Shown here: piece by piece, positions 1 to 9,864 of the stretch
How positions within the stretch are numbered: the first letter of the stretch is position 1
How the letters are laid out: each line of letters opens with the position of its first letter
Assembly (NCBI GenBank): GCA_963589425.1
Contig: CAVAKZ010000003.1
Location: 10,839-74,838 of the forward strand
Reading direction: 5' to 3'
Length of the DNA stretch: 64,000 bases
DNA from: Parabacteroides distasonis
GTDB taxonomy: Bacteria > Bacillota > Clostridia > Lachnospirales > Lachnospiraceae
Translations under genes and position numbers: made by a program
Notes under the pieces: model-generated
The model's database searches: none
What the model was told of the DNA's origin: nothing
The model's input: the letters and a program-made list of their open reading frames with translations, nothing else

Positions 1-17
1 TTAGTATCAAACATAAA

Positions 18-63
18 AGGACCGATACAGGTATGAAAAATCATTCTGTATTGGTCTTTTTTG
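18..63 (+). terminator. Rho-independent terminator of a gene ending upstream of the window
   Basis: Stem gaccgatacag (20-30) pairs with ctgtattggtc (46-56, one G-U). A T-run follows at 57-62. Confidence 0.6.
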
Positions 64-161
64 TGAAAAAAATTAGATTTTCATAATATCTTAAGAATTT
101 TGAGCAAAAGGATTTAAGATTTTCCACCTATTCTTGTATAGTAGGAAGTGAGGTGAAAAAG

Positions 162-857
162 ATGTCAAAAATATTAGTTTGTGATGATGATAAAGAAATC
201 GCTGAGGCAATTGAAATCTATCTGATGCAGGAAGGTTACGAGGTATGCAAGGCCTATGACGGCCAGGAGGCCTTAGAGATTTTGAAGAAAGAAGCCATTG
301 ACCTTTTGGTGATTGATGTGATGATGCCAAGATTAGATGGCATCCGAGCAACATTAAAAATTCGTGAGAAGGATAATATGCCTATCATTATTTTGTCGGC
401 AAAATCAGAGGATGCAGACAAAATCTTAGGACTTAATATTGGGGCAGATGATTACATGACCAAACCCTTTAATCCCCTAGAGCTTGTGGCAAGGGTGAAA
501 TCCCAGCTTCGCAGATATACCAAACTGGGAAGTGCAGAAGAATACAGGGAAGAGAATGTTTATGTGACGGGAGGTCTGGTGATCAATGACGACCTAAAAA
601 AGGTGACTGTGGATGGGGAGCCTGTAAGACTAACCCCGATTCAATATAAGATCCTATTGTTGCTAATGAAGAACCAGGGAAAAGTATTTTCTATTAATCA
701 GATTTATGAGAGCATCTGGAAGGAGGATGCCTTTGGGGTGGATAATACGGTGGCGGTACATATTCGGCATATTCGTGAGAAAATCGAGATTAATCCCAAG
801 GAACCAAGATACCTAAAGGTGGTGTGGGGTGTAGGATATAAAATTGAAAAAAATTGA
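162..857 (+). CDS. OmpR-family response regulator
   Basis: Receiver motifs 'ILVCDDD' and 'DLLVIDVMMP', plus 'KPFNPLELVARVK'. C-terminal winged helix 'RYLKVVWGVGYK'. I chose ATG 162 (SD aggaagtgagg upstream) over the GTG 153 of the ORF track. Confidence 0.9.
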   Translation: MSKILVCDDDKEIAEAIEIYLMQEGYEVCKAYDGQEALEILKKEAIDLLVIDVMMPRLDGIRATLKIREKDNMPIIILSAKSEDADKILGLNIGADDYMTKPFNPLELVARVKSQLRRYTKLGSAEEYREENVYVTGGLVINDDLKKVTVDGEPVRLTPIQYKILLLLMKNQGKVFSINQIYESIWKEDAFGVDNTVAVHIRHIREKIEINPKEPRYLKVVWGVGYKIEKN

Positions 858-871
858 GATGGAGTGAGTAT

Positions 872-3448
872 ATGAATAAATGGTATAAGACAAATCTAGC
901 TGAGGCTATATTGATTTTTTTGGCAATACTTCTTCCTATGACAGGGGTATTGAGTCTGGCGATCTTGTATAATGCATCCACATTGGATACAGCTTTATTG
1001 GGAAAGAAAACGACTGGATATGAGGAAAGCGAGGCTTTTGAAGGCTTGCTTCGGAATGTGACTTCTCAGACAATGATTACCCTAAAGGCTAGGAAAGAAT
1101 TTGAAAAAAATGGACAATATGATCCGAATCAAAAAGTAGATATTAAAAGTTATTATGATGCTAATGTCTTCTACAGTAAGGAAGTATCTTCCGGATTAAT
1201 CTATAGCCTTGACCAGCTGGCAAACTGGGGAGACCAATGGAACCAGGATGAGGATGAACAAGAGGAAAATTTGGTTGTCTGCCAAAAACCAGATGACAGC
1301 TATTACTATTATTATATGAGTGATTTTAAGGACTTGCTAAATTCAAAGAAATTGCGCATAGAATTGGATCAGGACACTCTGGGATCTTTTTTGGCAGATT
1401 TGGAAGATGGCTACTATGATTCTGGATATGCCGACAGTGAAACAGTAATACAAGATGAAAATGGAGATACCATTTATGATGACTGTTGGACCTTCTGTGC
1501 GCCTGAAAAAGGAAAATTTGCACCGGAAGGATATGACAGCCTGTTAGAGGCTATAAACGAAAATCAGGACCTAAATGGCCACTTATCCGAGGTCTACGAT
1601 TGGCTGGAAAATGCAGGCTATGGCCTGGCGCAGGAGAGAGAGGATTACCAGAATCCATCGGGAACTTGGGCAGAGGGAAATACCAACTACAGGTATTTGT
1701 ATTTGAATGCAGAAGACAAGACAGTCTATACCAACAATAGCGCCTGGTCAGATTATGAAAATGCTAAGAAGCTACTGACAAATTTGGAAGAGGGTCAGGG
1801 AAAAGCTTCAGAAAATTTAAAGTACATTATTGTAAGAAATACCCGGCAGGATTTTGCAACAAATATTAACAGAGACTTAAATCTGGAAAATTGGCAAAAG
1901 CGTGCAAGTGACCTGGATTTAGGAAAAGAAGATGCTTTTTTGGTAGCGGTGGATACGACTTATTCCATTCAGGATGTTTTTTGGTCCAATAGGAAAACCT
2001 ATGAACAGTATCAGCCTTATGTTGGTATCAGCAAAGCCGGATTAGTAATCTCTGTCTCGGGCTTTATTCTTTGTCTGGGCTGGCTTACATGGATTGCAGG
2101 AAGAAAAAATACAGAAGATAATCTCCTTCTTCTGAATAGATTTGATTATTGGAAGACGGAAATTGCAGCAGGAATCCTAATCTGCTTATGTGTGGGATGG
2201 ACCTTTGTGCTTGCCGCATTATGGTCAATCAATTATGTAAATGTAAACAGCTTTTCTGCAGGAGGGGCAGATTCCTATGGTTATTATTTTATGACCAGCG
2301 AGATAGGCTTGCTTTTGTTGTACGCGGGAGGAAGTGCCCTCTTCTTCATTATTGGATATTTAAGCCTGGTTCGGAGAATCAAGGGAAAAATTCTCTGGAA
2401 AAACAGTATTTTAAGATGCTTTTGCCTATGTTTAAAAAAGGCAGGAAAAGAAATCTGTATTTTTTGGAAGGGTAGAAAACAGATATGGAGAACCCTTCTA
2501 ATCTGCCTAGGTCTATTCTTTTTAAATCTGATTGGAGCTAATACAGGAGCCTTAGCTATTCCTATGATCATAGCAGATGTTTACGTATGTTATTATTTAT
2601 GTAGGAAGGCCCTGGCAGAGGACAAGCTTCAGACCGGAATTAAGAGAATTGCCACAGGAGATGTGTCTTATAAAATTCCTCTGGAGGGCTTGAAAGGGGA
2701 AGCAAAAGAGACTGCCCAGGCGGTGAATTGTATTGGAGAAGGCATGAACCTTGCCCTGGAAAATAGCATGAAGAGCGAGCGGTTAAAAACAGATCTGATC
2801 ACTAACGTTTCCCATGATATTAAAACCCCCTTAACCTCTATTATCAATTATGTGGAACTTTTAAAGCAGGAGAATTTCGAGGATCCTAAAATACAGCGTT
2901 ATTTGGAAATATTAAGTGAGAAATCCCAACGGTTAAAAATTCTGACAGAGGATGTGGTAGAGGCTTCCAAGCTAAGTTCCGGAAATATAAAATTAGAATA
3001 CAATAATATTAACTTGGTGGAAATGATACAGCAGACTAGCGGAGAGTTTGCGGAAAAATTTGAGGCGAAGCATCTGACAGAAGTTATGAATGTGCCGGAA
3101 TATCCGGTGGTCATTCGCGTAGATGGCAGGAGACTTTGGAGAGTGCTCTCAAATATTTATAATAATGCAGCAAAATATGCCATGGCCGATACCAGGGTCT
3201 ATGCAGATTTGCAGGTAAGGGATGGGGCTGCCATATTTAGTTTAAAGAATATCTCAGAACAATCCTTAAATATTTCAGCTGATGAACTGACAGAGCGTTT
3301 TGTCAGGGGGGATCTTTCGAGAAATTCTGAGGGAAGCGGACTGGGACTTTCCATCGCAGAATCCTTAACTAAGATACAGGGAGGAGATTTCAAATTATAT
3401 CTAGATGGAGATCTTTTCAAAGTAATGATTTCATTTCCCCTTGTGTAA
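872..3448 (+). CDS. Sensor histidine kinase with a large extracytoplasmic N-terminal domain and multi-TM region
   Basis: H-box 'NVSHDIKTPLTSI', N-box 'NIYNNAAKYA', G-box 'GSGLGLSIA'. Hydrophobic segments lie at aa ~15-40 and ~400-600. Its start overlaps the stop of the response regulator. Start is ATG 872 (SD ggagtgag) or TTG 854. Confidence 0.88.
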   Translation: MNKWYKTNLAEAILIFLAILLPMTGVLSLAILYNASTLDTALLGKKTTGYEESEAFEGLLRNVTSQTMITLKARKEFEKNGQYDPNQKVDIKSYYDANVFYSKEVSSGLIYSLDQLANWGDQWNQDEDEQEENLVVCQKPDDSYYYYYMSDFKDLLNSKKLRIELDQDTLGSFLADLEDGYYDSGYADSETVIQDENGDTIYDDCWTFCAPEKGKFAPEGYDSLLEAINENQDLNGHLSEVYDWLENAGYGLAQEREDYQNPSGTWAEGNTNYRYLYLNAEDKTVYTNNSAWSDYENAKKLLTNLEEGQGKASENLKYIIVRNTRQDFATNINRDLNLENWQKRASDLDLGKEDAFLVAVDTTYSIQDVFWSNRKTYEQYQPYVGISKAGLVISVSGFILCLGWLTWIAGRKNTEDNLLLLNRFDYWKTEIAAGILICLCVGWTFVLAALWSINYVNVNSFSAGGADSYGYYFMTSEIGLLLLYAGGSALFFIIGYLSLVRRIKGKILWKNSILRCFCLCLKKAGKEICIFWKGRKQIWRTLLICLGLFFLNLIGANTGALAIPMIIADVYVCYYLCRKALAEDKLQTGIKRIATGDVSYKIPLEGLKGEAKETAQAVNCIGEGMNLALENSMKSERLKTDLITNVSHDIKTPLTSIINYVELLKQENFEDPKIQRYLEILSEKSQRLKILTEDVVEASKLSSGNIKLEYNNINLVEMIQQTSGEFAEKFEAKHLTEVMNVPEYPVVIRVDGRRLWRVLSNIYNNAAKYAMADTRVYADLQVRDGAAIFSLKNISEQSLNISADELTERFVRGDLSRNSEGSGLGLSIAESLTKIQGGDFKLYLDGDLFKVMISFPLV

Positions 3449-3490
3449 TGATCGTTTGTATGAAATAAATAAGATAGAAATTAAAGAATA

Positions 3491-3524
3491 AGGAGAGCTT
3501 TTTAAACGAAAGCCCTCCTTTTCT
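3491..3524 (+). terminator. Rho-independent terminator after the histidine kinase gene
   Basis: Stem aggagagcttt / aaagccctcct with one mismatch, a 7-nt loop, then ttt. Confidence 0.55.
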
Positions 3525-3567
3525 GTTATAATAAAATCAAAAATCGGTTTTGGAAAGGGTGAGTATA

Positions 3568-5211
3568 ATGAAGGCCATACCAATAGGGCTTAATAATTTT
3601 ACAAAATTAATAGAGGAAAATTGCTATTTTGTGGATAAGACCTTGATCATCCGAGAATTTTTGGAAAGAAAAAGTGCAGTAACCTTGATTACAAGGCCAA
3701 GAAGATTTGGAAAAACTATGAATATGTCCATGATGGCAGAGTTTTTTGATATTACCAAAGATTCAAGGGAACTTTTTGAGGGGACTAAGATCATGGACAC
3801 TCCTTATGCAAGTGAAATGAATCAATACCCAATCATTTTTCTTTCCTTTGCAGATGCCAAAGAAAACAAAACCACTGTGGTGAATTTTATTAAAAATCAA
3901 ATTCAAAAAGAATATGAAAAATATATGTTTCTGTTTAATGATTTATCTATATTTGACAAGAATGATTTTGATCATATCATTAATGGTTTACTTCAAAAAA
4001 ACAATGGAACATTGGATGATATAAACAATGCAATTATCTTTTTGATGAAAAAATTAAAGGAGCATTACGGAAAAGATGTAATGGTCTTTATTGATGAATA
4101 TGACACGCCATTTATTGAGGCAAGAGTCGGCGGTTTTTATTCAGAAATTAAGGGAGGATTGGCTACCCTTCTTCGCAGTTCCCTGAAAAATTCCAGTGAT
4201 CTGAAATACGCTATGCTAACAGGAATTCAGAGAGTGGCGAAGGAAAATATTTTTAGTGATTTGAATAATTTAGATGTATATACGGTAAAGGATAATAATT
4301 ACAGTGAATATTTTGGATTTGGCGTAGAAGAGACCAAAGGATTATTAGAGTATTATCAGTTAAAATTAGATGATAATGTGAAAGAAATGTATGATGGTTA
4401 TAAGATAGGAAATGAAGAAATTTACAATCCATGGTCTATTTTGAACTACGTAAAAAGAAAAGAACTAATTCCTTACTGGGTTAATACCAGTGCCAATACA
4501 ATGATCAAACAGGCAATAAAAAAATCAAAAGCTGATTTTAAAGAACAATACGAAAAATTGATCAGGAATAATTATCTGGAAACAACCATTGTTTTGCAAA
4601 CTAGTTTTTATGAGATGGAAAATACCCCATCTTTATGGGGCTTGTTTGTGAATGCCGGATATCTGACCATCACAAAAACAATTAATGCCATTACCGATCG
4701 TTATCGGGTGGAGATTCCAAATAAAGAAGTTAGAAAAGAATTTATTGATTTAACTGAACAGTATTTGGAATTAAATATGGGTCAAATGAATAATGTAATT
4801 GAGAGCATCCTTCAGGAAGACAGGGAAGAGTTTTATGATAGCTATAAAAATATTCTGATGTTACCAAGCTATCATGACTTGACCAGTGAAAATAGTTATC
4901 ACATGATGATGCTTGGAATGTGTGTAGGTCTGTCCGATAATTACAAAGTGATTTCCAATAGAGAAGAAGGAAAGGGAAGATGTGATCTTGTGATTCAGGC
5001 AAAGGATGAGAAGAGAACTTCTTTTGTGATAGAATTTAAATATTTGAAAGAAAGTAAAGATAAGGTGAAAGAAGAATTAGAGCGACTCTCAAAAGAAGCA
5101 ATTAAGCAAATTCAGGATAGAAAATATGATTTTGATTTAAAAGGCAAAGTTATATATATAGGTTTGGCACATCATGGAAAGGATGTGGCCATGGAGTGGG
5201 TCAATCGATAA
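3568..5211 (+). CDS. AAA-ATPase-like protein with a C-terminal PD-(D/E)XK nuclease-like domain
   Basis: N-terminal 'TRPRRFGKTMNMSM' P-loop-like motif typical of the predicted AAA-ATPase family. C-terminal 'GRCDLVIQ...SFVIEFKYLK' fits a D...E-x-K nuclease motif. It is a monocistronic unit between two hairpins. Confidence 0.7.
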   Translation: MKAIPIGLNNFTKLIEENCYFVDKTLIIREFLERKSAVTLITRPRRFGKTMNMSMMAEFFDITKDSRELFEGTKIMDTPYASEMNQYPIIFLSFADAKENKTTVVNFIKNQIQKEYEKYMFLFNDLSIFDKNDFDHIINGLLQKNNGTLDDINNAIIFLMKKLKEHYGKDVMVFIDEYDTPFIEARVGGFYSEIKGGLATLLRSSLKNSSDLKYAMLTGIQRVAKENIFSDLNNLDVYTVKDNNYSEYFGFGVEETKGLLEYYQLKLDDNVKEMYDGYKIGNEEIYNPWSILNYVKRKELIPYWVNTSANTMIKQAIKKSKADFKEQYEKLIRNNYLETTIVLQTSFYEMENTPSLWGLFVNAGYLTITKTINAITDRYRVEIPNKEVRKEFIDLTEQYLELNMGQMNNVIESILQEDREEFYDSYKNILMLPSYHDLTSENSYHMMMLGMCVGLSDNYKVISNREEGKGRCDLVIQAKDEKRTSFVIEFKYLKESKDKVKEELERLSKEAIKQIQDRKYDFDLKGKVIYIGLAHHGKDVAMEWVNR

Positions 5212-5212
5212 G

Positions 5213-5252
5213 CCATAAGCCCCTTGCCGGAGTAATCCGACAAGGGGCTTAT
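5213..5252. terminator. Strong hairpin between convergent genes (putative bidirectional terminator)
   Basis: cataagccccttg(c)cgg / ccg(a)caaggggcttatg. There is no clean T-run on either side. Confidence 0.45.
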
Positions 5253-5260
5253 GCATATCC

Positions 5261-6751
5261 TTATACAGTCCCTGCTACCCGATCGTAAAGAACCATCTCT
5301 CTACGAATCTTTCTAGCAAGAGTATCATTTATATCTTCTTTATTACATCTCCATACCCAGTTATTTCCCAAGGTAGAGGGGGTATTCATACGGCCTTCAT
5401 GGCCAAGACCCAAGAAGTCTTGCATCTGCATGATAGCGGTGTCTGCCACGCTGGCCCAGCCGCTTCGCATCAGGCCCCAGTTGTATCCCTCTTCCTTGTT
5501 CAGGCGGAAATACCGGATAGTATTCTTGGCATCTTCCGGCAAGGCGGTATCAAACCATCCAAGGATCGTCTCGTTGTCATGGGTGCCGGCATATACCACA
5601 CAGTTATGATCATATAAATGTGGTTTGTAACCTCTTCCTGTATCTCTGGAGTCAAAGGCAAATTCCAAAACCTTCATTCCCGGGAAGCCGGTTTCCTTTA
5701 ACAGCTCATAGACAGAATCCGTAAGAAAGCCAAGGTCTTCAGCAATAATAGGAAGGTCTCCCAGCTTTTCTTTTACAGCATGGAAGAAATTGATTCCGGG
5801 CCCTGGCTTCCACTGACCCCTGGCAGCAGTCTTATCTCCGTAGGGGATAGCATAGTAGGAATCAAAGCCTCGGAAATGATCAATTCGCAGTACATCATAA
5901 ATCTTCATAAGATGGGCAATTCTTGCAATCCACCAAGAGTAGCCGTCCTCTTTCATGGCCTCCCAGTTAAAGAGAGGATTCCCCCAAAGCTGTCCGTCAG
6001 CAGAAAATCCATCCGGGGGACATCCTGCAACTTCCGTGGGAATCAAATTCTCATCCAGCTGAAATTGGTCCGGGTGGGACCAGGCATCCACGCTGTCATC
6101 GGAAACATAGATGGGAAGGTCGCCTATAATCTTTATGTGATGGTCTCCGGCGAAGTCCTTTAATTTCCGCCATTGTTTAAAGAAAAGAAACTGGACAGTC
6201 TTCCAAAATACTATGTCCTCTTTTAGGGAGTCTCGAAGTATATCCAGAACCTTGCTATTTTTCACCCGAATCTCTTGGGGCCATTTAGACCAGGGGGCTC
6301 CTTGGTATTTTCTCTTAATGGCCATGAATAGGGCATAGTCATTAAGCCAATAAGCTTCCTCTTTACAGAAGCTATCAAATTCATCAGAAAACTTAGCTAA
6401 TACATTGGGTACGGTAGATGCAAGTATCGTAAATCTTTGCTTGTATTGTAGTTCGTACTCTACTTTTGTGGGGGATTCGCCCCAAGTAAGGTCTTTAAAG
6501 GTAGATTCCTCCAGTAAGCCTTCAGCTACAAGATCATCCAAGTCAATCATGTAGGGGCTTCCTGCAAAGGTAGAACAGGAAGAGTAGGGGGAATCTCCAT
6601 ATCCAAGAGGGCCTATGGGAAGAATCTGCCAATAGGTTTGCCCTGCCTTCTCCAGAAAGCAAATGAAATCTCTGGCATCCTGTCCCAAGGTTCCTATTCC
6701 ATAAGGGGATGGGAGAGAGGTGATCGGCATTAATATACCTGCGGTTCTCAT
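5261..6751 (-). CDS. malQ: 4-alpha-glucanotransferase (amylomaltase)
   Basis: N-terminus 'RTAGILMPITSLPSPYGIGTLG', 'LRIDHFRGF' and 'GTHDNET' match GH77 amylomaltases. Length is 496 aa. Confidence 0.92.
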   Translation of the reverse strand: MRTAGILMPITSLPSPYGIGTLGQDARDFICFLEKAGQTYWQILPIGPLGYGDSPYSSCSTFAGSPYMIDLDDLVAEGLLEESTFKDLTWGESPTKVEYELQYKQRFTILASTVPNVLAKFSDEFDSFCKEEAYWLNDYALFMAIKRKYQGAPWSKWPQEIRVKNSKVLDILRDSLKEDIVFWKTVQFLFFKQWRKLKDFAGDHHIKIIGDLPIYVSDDSVDAWSHPDQFQLDENLIPTEVAGCPPDGFSADGQLWGNPLFNWEAMKEDGYSWWIARIAHLMKIYDVLRIDHFRGFDSYYAIPYGDKTAARGQWKPGPGINFFHAVKEKLGDLPIIAEDLGFLTDSVYELLKETGFPGMKVLEFAFDSRDTGRGYKPHLYDHNCVVYAGTHDNETILGWFDTALPEDAKNTIRYFRLNKEEGYNWGLMRSGWASVADTAIMQMQDFLGLGHEGRMNTPSTLGNNWVWRCNKEDINDTLARKIRREMVLYDRVAGTV

Positions 6752-6784
6752 CCAAAACCCTCCTTTCTATTTGATAATATGAAG

Positions 6785-6981
6785 ATGTTTGCGAAAGGGT
6801 AGTTATTTCACGGATTGTCCACAATAACCGAAAGCAACAAAGACCCGCTTTCGCTCCGTTCCGCTGGAAGCGGTACTAAGGGGCTAAAAAACAGCCCCTT
6901 AGTACCGGCCAGCTCCAAGGGTCTTTTTTGCTTTGGTTATTGTGGATAATCTAGTGTAAGTATGTTTGGGTTCGCAAACAT
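6785..6981. repeat. About 200-bp nested palindromic intergenic element
   Basis: Outer arms are tgtttgcgaa (6786-6795) and ttcgcaaaca (6971-6980). Middle arms are 6812-6846 and 6919-6952, about 35 nt with a few mismatches. The perfect 13-bp central hairpin is ggtactaaggggc (6872-6884) with gccccttagtacc (6894-6906). Confidence 0.8.
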
Positions 6982-7009
6982 CTATAGATAATATTGAAAT
7001 TGCAAGTAG

Positions 7010-8041
7010 TTATTGTATGTGACCCGACATAGCTTTCACGCTCTCGGCAGCTACAAAGCTATAGGGTATGGTTTTGTGCAGGGCCTTGTAGGGGTAATGG
7101 ATTCTCTGCAGCATCAAGTCTACCCCCTGCTTTGCCATCTGGTCTGTATCCTGGCAGATGGTGGCCAGTCTGGGGGTTGAGAATCTGGCAAGATCTATGC
7201 CGTCATATCCTACAATGGAAATATCCTCGGGAATCTGTTTTCCCATGTCCCGAATTGCCCGCATGGCTCCAAAGGCCACAGTATCGCCCAGGGCAAAGAT
7301 AGCAGTTAGGGAAGGATCCTTTGTAAGCAGGGTTTTGGCAGCCTCATAGCCTTCTTCCATAGAATAACGACAGGGTTCAAATTGTCTTTCCAGATCAAAG
7401 GGAAGTTTGTGCTTTTTAAATCCTAAAATACAGCCATTGAGACGCTTGTAACTAATCTGGGTATCGGATCCTGTCTCCGGCTTATTACCCCCTAAAATCC
7501 CAATATGTTTGTGGCCTTGCTCTGCCAGATAGTCGATTACCGCCTCGGCGGCACCGGTATCATCTGTAGTTAAAGAAGATAGATTGTTATAGGGAAGGCT
7601 TTTGGCACTGTTTGTAAGAAGAACACAGGGAACGGAAATATGTTTAAAGTTCTTTTTAAAAAATTCCAAATCCCCTCCAAGGAAGAAGATCCCCTTGGGA
7701 TTATTCTCCCTGCAAAGACTCATGGCAAAGGCCACTTCGTCCTCATCTTCATCAATATAACTTACCACAGCTTCCTCGTCATTTTTAATGAGGCGGTGCT
7801 GGATCTGCTCCACCAAGGTCTGAAAGAGCATATTTTTATTTCCCTTTACAATAATGGCAATGGAAGAGCTGGCCCGCATTTTTAAAAACTTGGCATTGGA
7901 ATTAGGCTGAAAACCGGTTTCCTCAATAACCTTCATCACTGCTTTTCGTGTTTTATCGCTGACACCAGGATGATTATTAATGACACGGGATACAGTTCCA
8001 ATCCCATATCCTGAAAGTTTGGCTATATCTTTAATGGTCAT
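7010..8041 (-). CDS. LacI-family transcriptional regulator (probable maltodextrin locus repressor)
   Basis: N-terminal HTH 'MTIKDIAKLSGYGIGTVSRVINN' followed by a periplasmic-binding-protein-like core. It sits adjacent to the sugar ABC genes and malQ. Confidence 0.9.
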   Translation of the reverse strand: MTIKDIAKLSGYGIGTVSRVINNHPGVSDKTRKAVMKVIEETGFQPNSNAKFLKMRASSSIAIIVKGNKNMLFQTLVEQIQHRLIKNDEEAVVSYIDEDEDEVAFAMSLCRENNPKGIFFLGGDLEFFKKNFKHISVPCVLLTNSAKSLPYNNLSSLTTDDTGAAEAVIDYLAEQGHKHIGILGGNKPETGSDTQISYKRLNGCILGFKKHKLPFDLERQFEPCRYSMEEGYEAAKTLLTKDPSLTAIFALGDTVAFGAMRAIRDMGKQIPEDISIVGYDGIDLARFSTPRLATICQDTDQMAKQGVDLMLQRIHYPYKALHKTIPYSFVAAESVKAMSGHIQ

Positions 8042-8097
8042 AAGTAAATATCCTTTCTGTCTTCTTAAGTTCCGTAAAATTAGTTATCCTTGATATT

Positions 8098-8931
8098 TTA
8101 CCCTTTTACAGCACCAGCCGCAACACCTTTGATAATGTACTTCTGGCAGCTTAAGTAAAATACAATAACCGGGATGATGGCCATAATGAGGCAGGCCATA
8201 ATGGCTCCCATATCTACACGACCGTAGCTTCCCTTCATGTACTGCACCACAATGGAAATGGTTTTGTATTTCTTAATATCCAGTACAAGGTAAGGAAGAA
8301 GAAAATCGTTCCAGATCCACATAGCTTCCAAAATACCTACGGAAATATAGGTTGGCTTCATAATCGGAAGGACTACGGTGAAGAAGGTGCGAATAGGATT
8401 GCATCCGTCGATCATAGCAGCTTCTTCAATCTCCAAAGGAATGGCCTTTACAAAACCACAGAACATAAAGACAGCCAGCCCCGCACCAAATCCCAGGTAG
8501 ACAATGATAATTCCCCAAGGAGTATTAAGTCCCAAAGAATCAGCAGTTCCGGAAAGGGTAAACATTACCATCTGGAAAGGAATTACCATAGAAAATACAC
8601 AGAGAAGATAGATCATTTTTGTAATCTTATTCTGCACTCTGGTGATATACCATGCGCACATAGAGCAGCATACCAAAATAACAAGTACAGAAAGAACTGT
8701 GATAAATAATGTCCAGCCCACTGCTTTTAAAAAGTCATATTTGGTAATACTGGTCATGTAATTGTCTAATCCGGTAAAACTCTTCTCGTCAGGAAGAGAA
8801 AAAGGAGCAAGGTTAATAAAGGCTTTCTTTTTAAAAGAGTTCATCAGCACAATAATAATCGGTGCTACAAACAAAATAGAAATAATCGAAAAAAACATTG
8901 AGGCAAAAATGCCCTTTGATTTCTTGGTCAT
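8098..8931 (-). CDS. Carbohydrate ABC transporter permease (MalG-like)
   Basis: Six predicted TM segments. EAA-like loop 'EEAAMIDGCNPIRTFFTVVLP'. Confidence 0.88.
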   Translation of the reverse strand: MTKKSKGIFASMFFSIISILFVAPIIIVLMNSFKKKAFINLAPFSLPDEKSFTGLDNYMTSITKYDFLKAVGWTLFITVLSVLVILVCCSMCAWYITRVQNKITKMIYLLCVFSMVIPFQMVMFTLSGTADSLGLNTPWGIIIVYLGFGAGLAVFMFCGFVKAIPLEIEEAAMIDGCNPIRTFFTVVLPIMKPTYISVGILEAMWIWNDFLLPYLVLDIKKYKTISIVVQYMKGSYGRVDMGAIMACLIMAIIPVIVFYLSCQKYIIKGVAAGAVKG

Positions 8932-9773
8932 TATTGCTGCACCTCCTTATCCCTGGTGACACGAAGCTGAATTAATCCAATAGCTACAACGATGATGAAG
9001 AAAATAACGGCCTTGGCCTGACCGACACCTTCGAATCCTACACGGCCATAGAAGGTATCGTAGATATTAAGGGCCATCATTTCTGTCTGATGCATAGGTT
9101 CTCCCGCGGTAAGAGACAGGTTTTGGTCGAAAAGTTTAAATGAATTTGTAATGGTTAGGAAGGTACAAATGGTGATGGAAGGCATCATCATTGGAATGGT
9201 GACTTTAAAAAGTCTCTGCACAGCATTTGCACCGTCGATCATAGCGGCTTCATTTAAGGATCCGGGAATGGACTGAAGACCTGCAATATAGACAATCATC
9301 ATATATCCGATTTGCTGCCAGCAGATCAGGATAACTAATCCCCAGAAACCAAATTTTGAACTAAGCTTTAAGGCTGTGTCAAATTTACTGAGAATTCCAT
9401 CGAAGATCAGCTGCCATACATAGCCAAGTACAATACCACCGATCAGGTTAGGCATAAAGAATACGGTACGGAAAATATTGGTTCCCTTAATCTTCTGGGT
9501 GAGAGCCAGGGCTACTGCAAAAGCCAGCACATTGATCAAAATTAAAGTTACAATGGCAAAGGCAGTAGTAAACCAAAAAGCATGGGTAAAGGTAGTATCC
9601 TTAAGTGCCTCCACGTAGTTTTTGATTCCTACAAAGCTTGCATCCTTAATGGTAGTAAATTCACAGAAAGATAAATAAATACCTTCTAAGAAGGGAACTA
9701 CAAATCCAATCATAAATGCGGCCATGGTAGGAAGTACAAATATAGGCCAATAACGTTTAATTGCTTTTTCCAT
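8931..9773 (-). CDS. Carbohydrate ABC transporter permease (MalF-like)
   Basis: EAA-like loop 'NEAAMIDGANAVQRLFKVTIP'. I chose the start at 'MEKAIKRYWP' (SD aagagga upstream) over the longer ORF start at 9830. Confidence 0.85.
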   Translation of the reverse strand: MEKAIKRYWPIFVLPTMAAFMIGFVVPFLEGIYLSFCEFTTIKDASFVGIKNYVEALKDTTFTHAFWFTTAFAIVTLILINVLAFAVALALTQKIKGTNIFRTVFFMPNLIGGIVLGYVWQLIFDGILSKFDTALKLSSKFGFWGLVILICWQQIGYMMIVYIAGLQSIPGSLNEAAMIDGANAVQRLFKVTIPMMMPSITICTFLTITNSFKLFDQNLSLTAGEPMHQTEMMALNIYDTFYGRVGFEGVGQAKAVIFFIIVVAIGLIQLRVTRDKEVQQ

Positions 9774-9864
9774 GTAATGTCCTCTTTCGTAAAAACAGGG
9801 GAGCAGCGATGGCTCCCCTGCAAAATTCAATTGTTATTTCTTTCGGTCCTATAAGCAATACAAC

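Noticed and set aside
91-354. 87-aa minus-strand ORF overlapping the first response-regulator gene
   Set aside because: It overlaps a confidently identified response-regulator coding frame, has no SD, and has non-protein-like composition.
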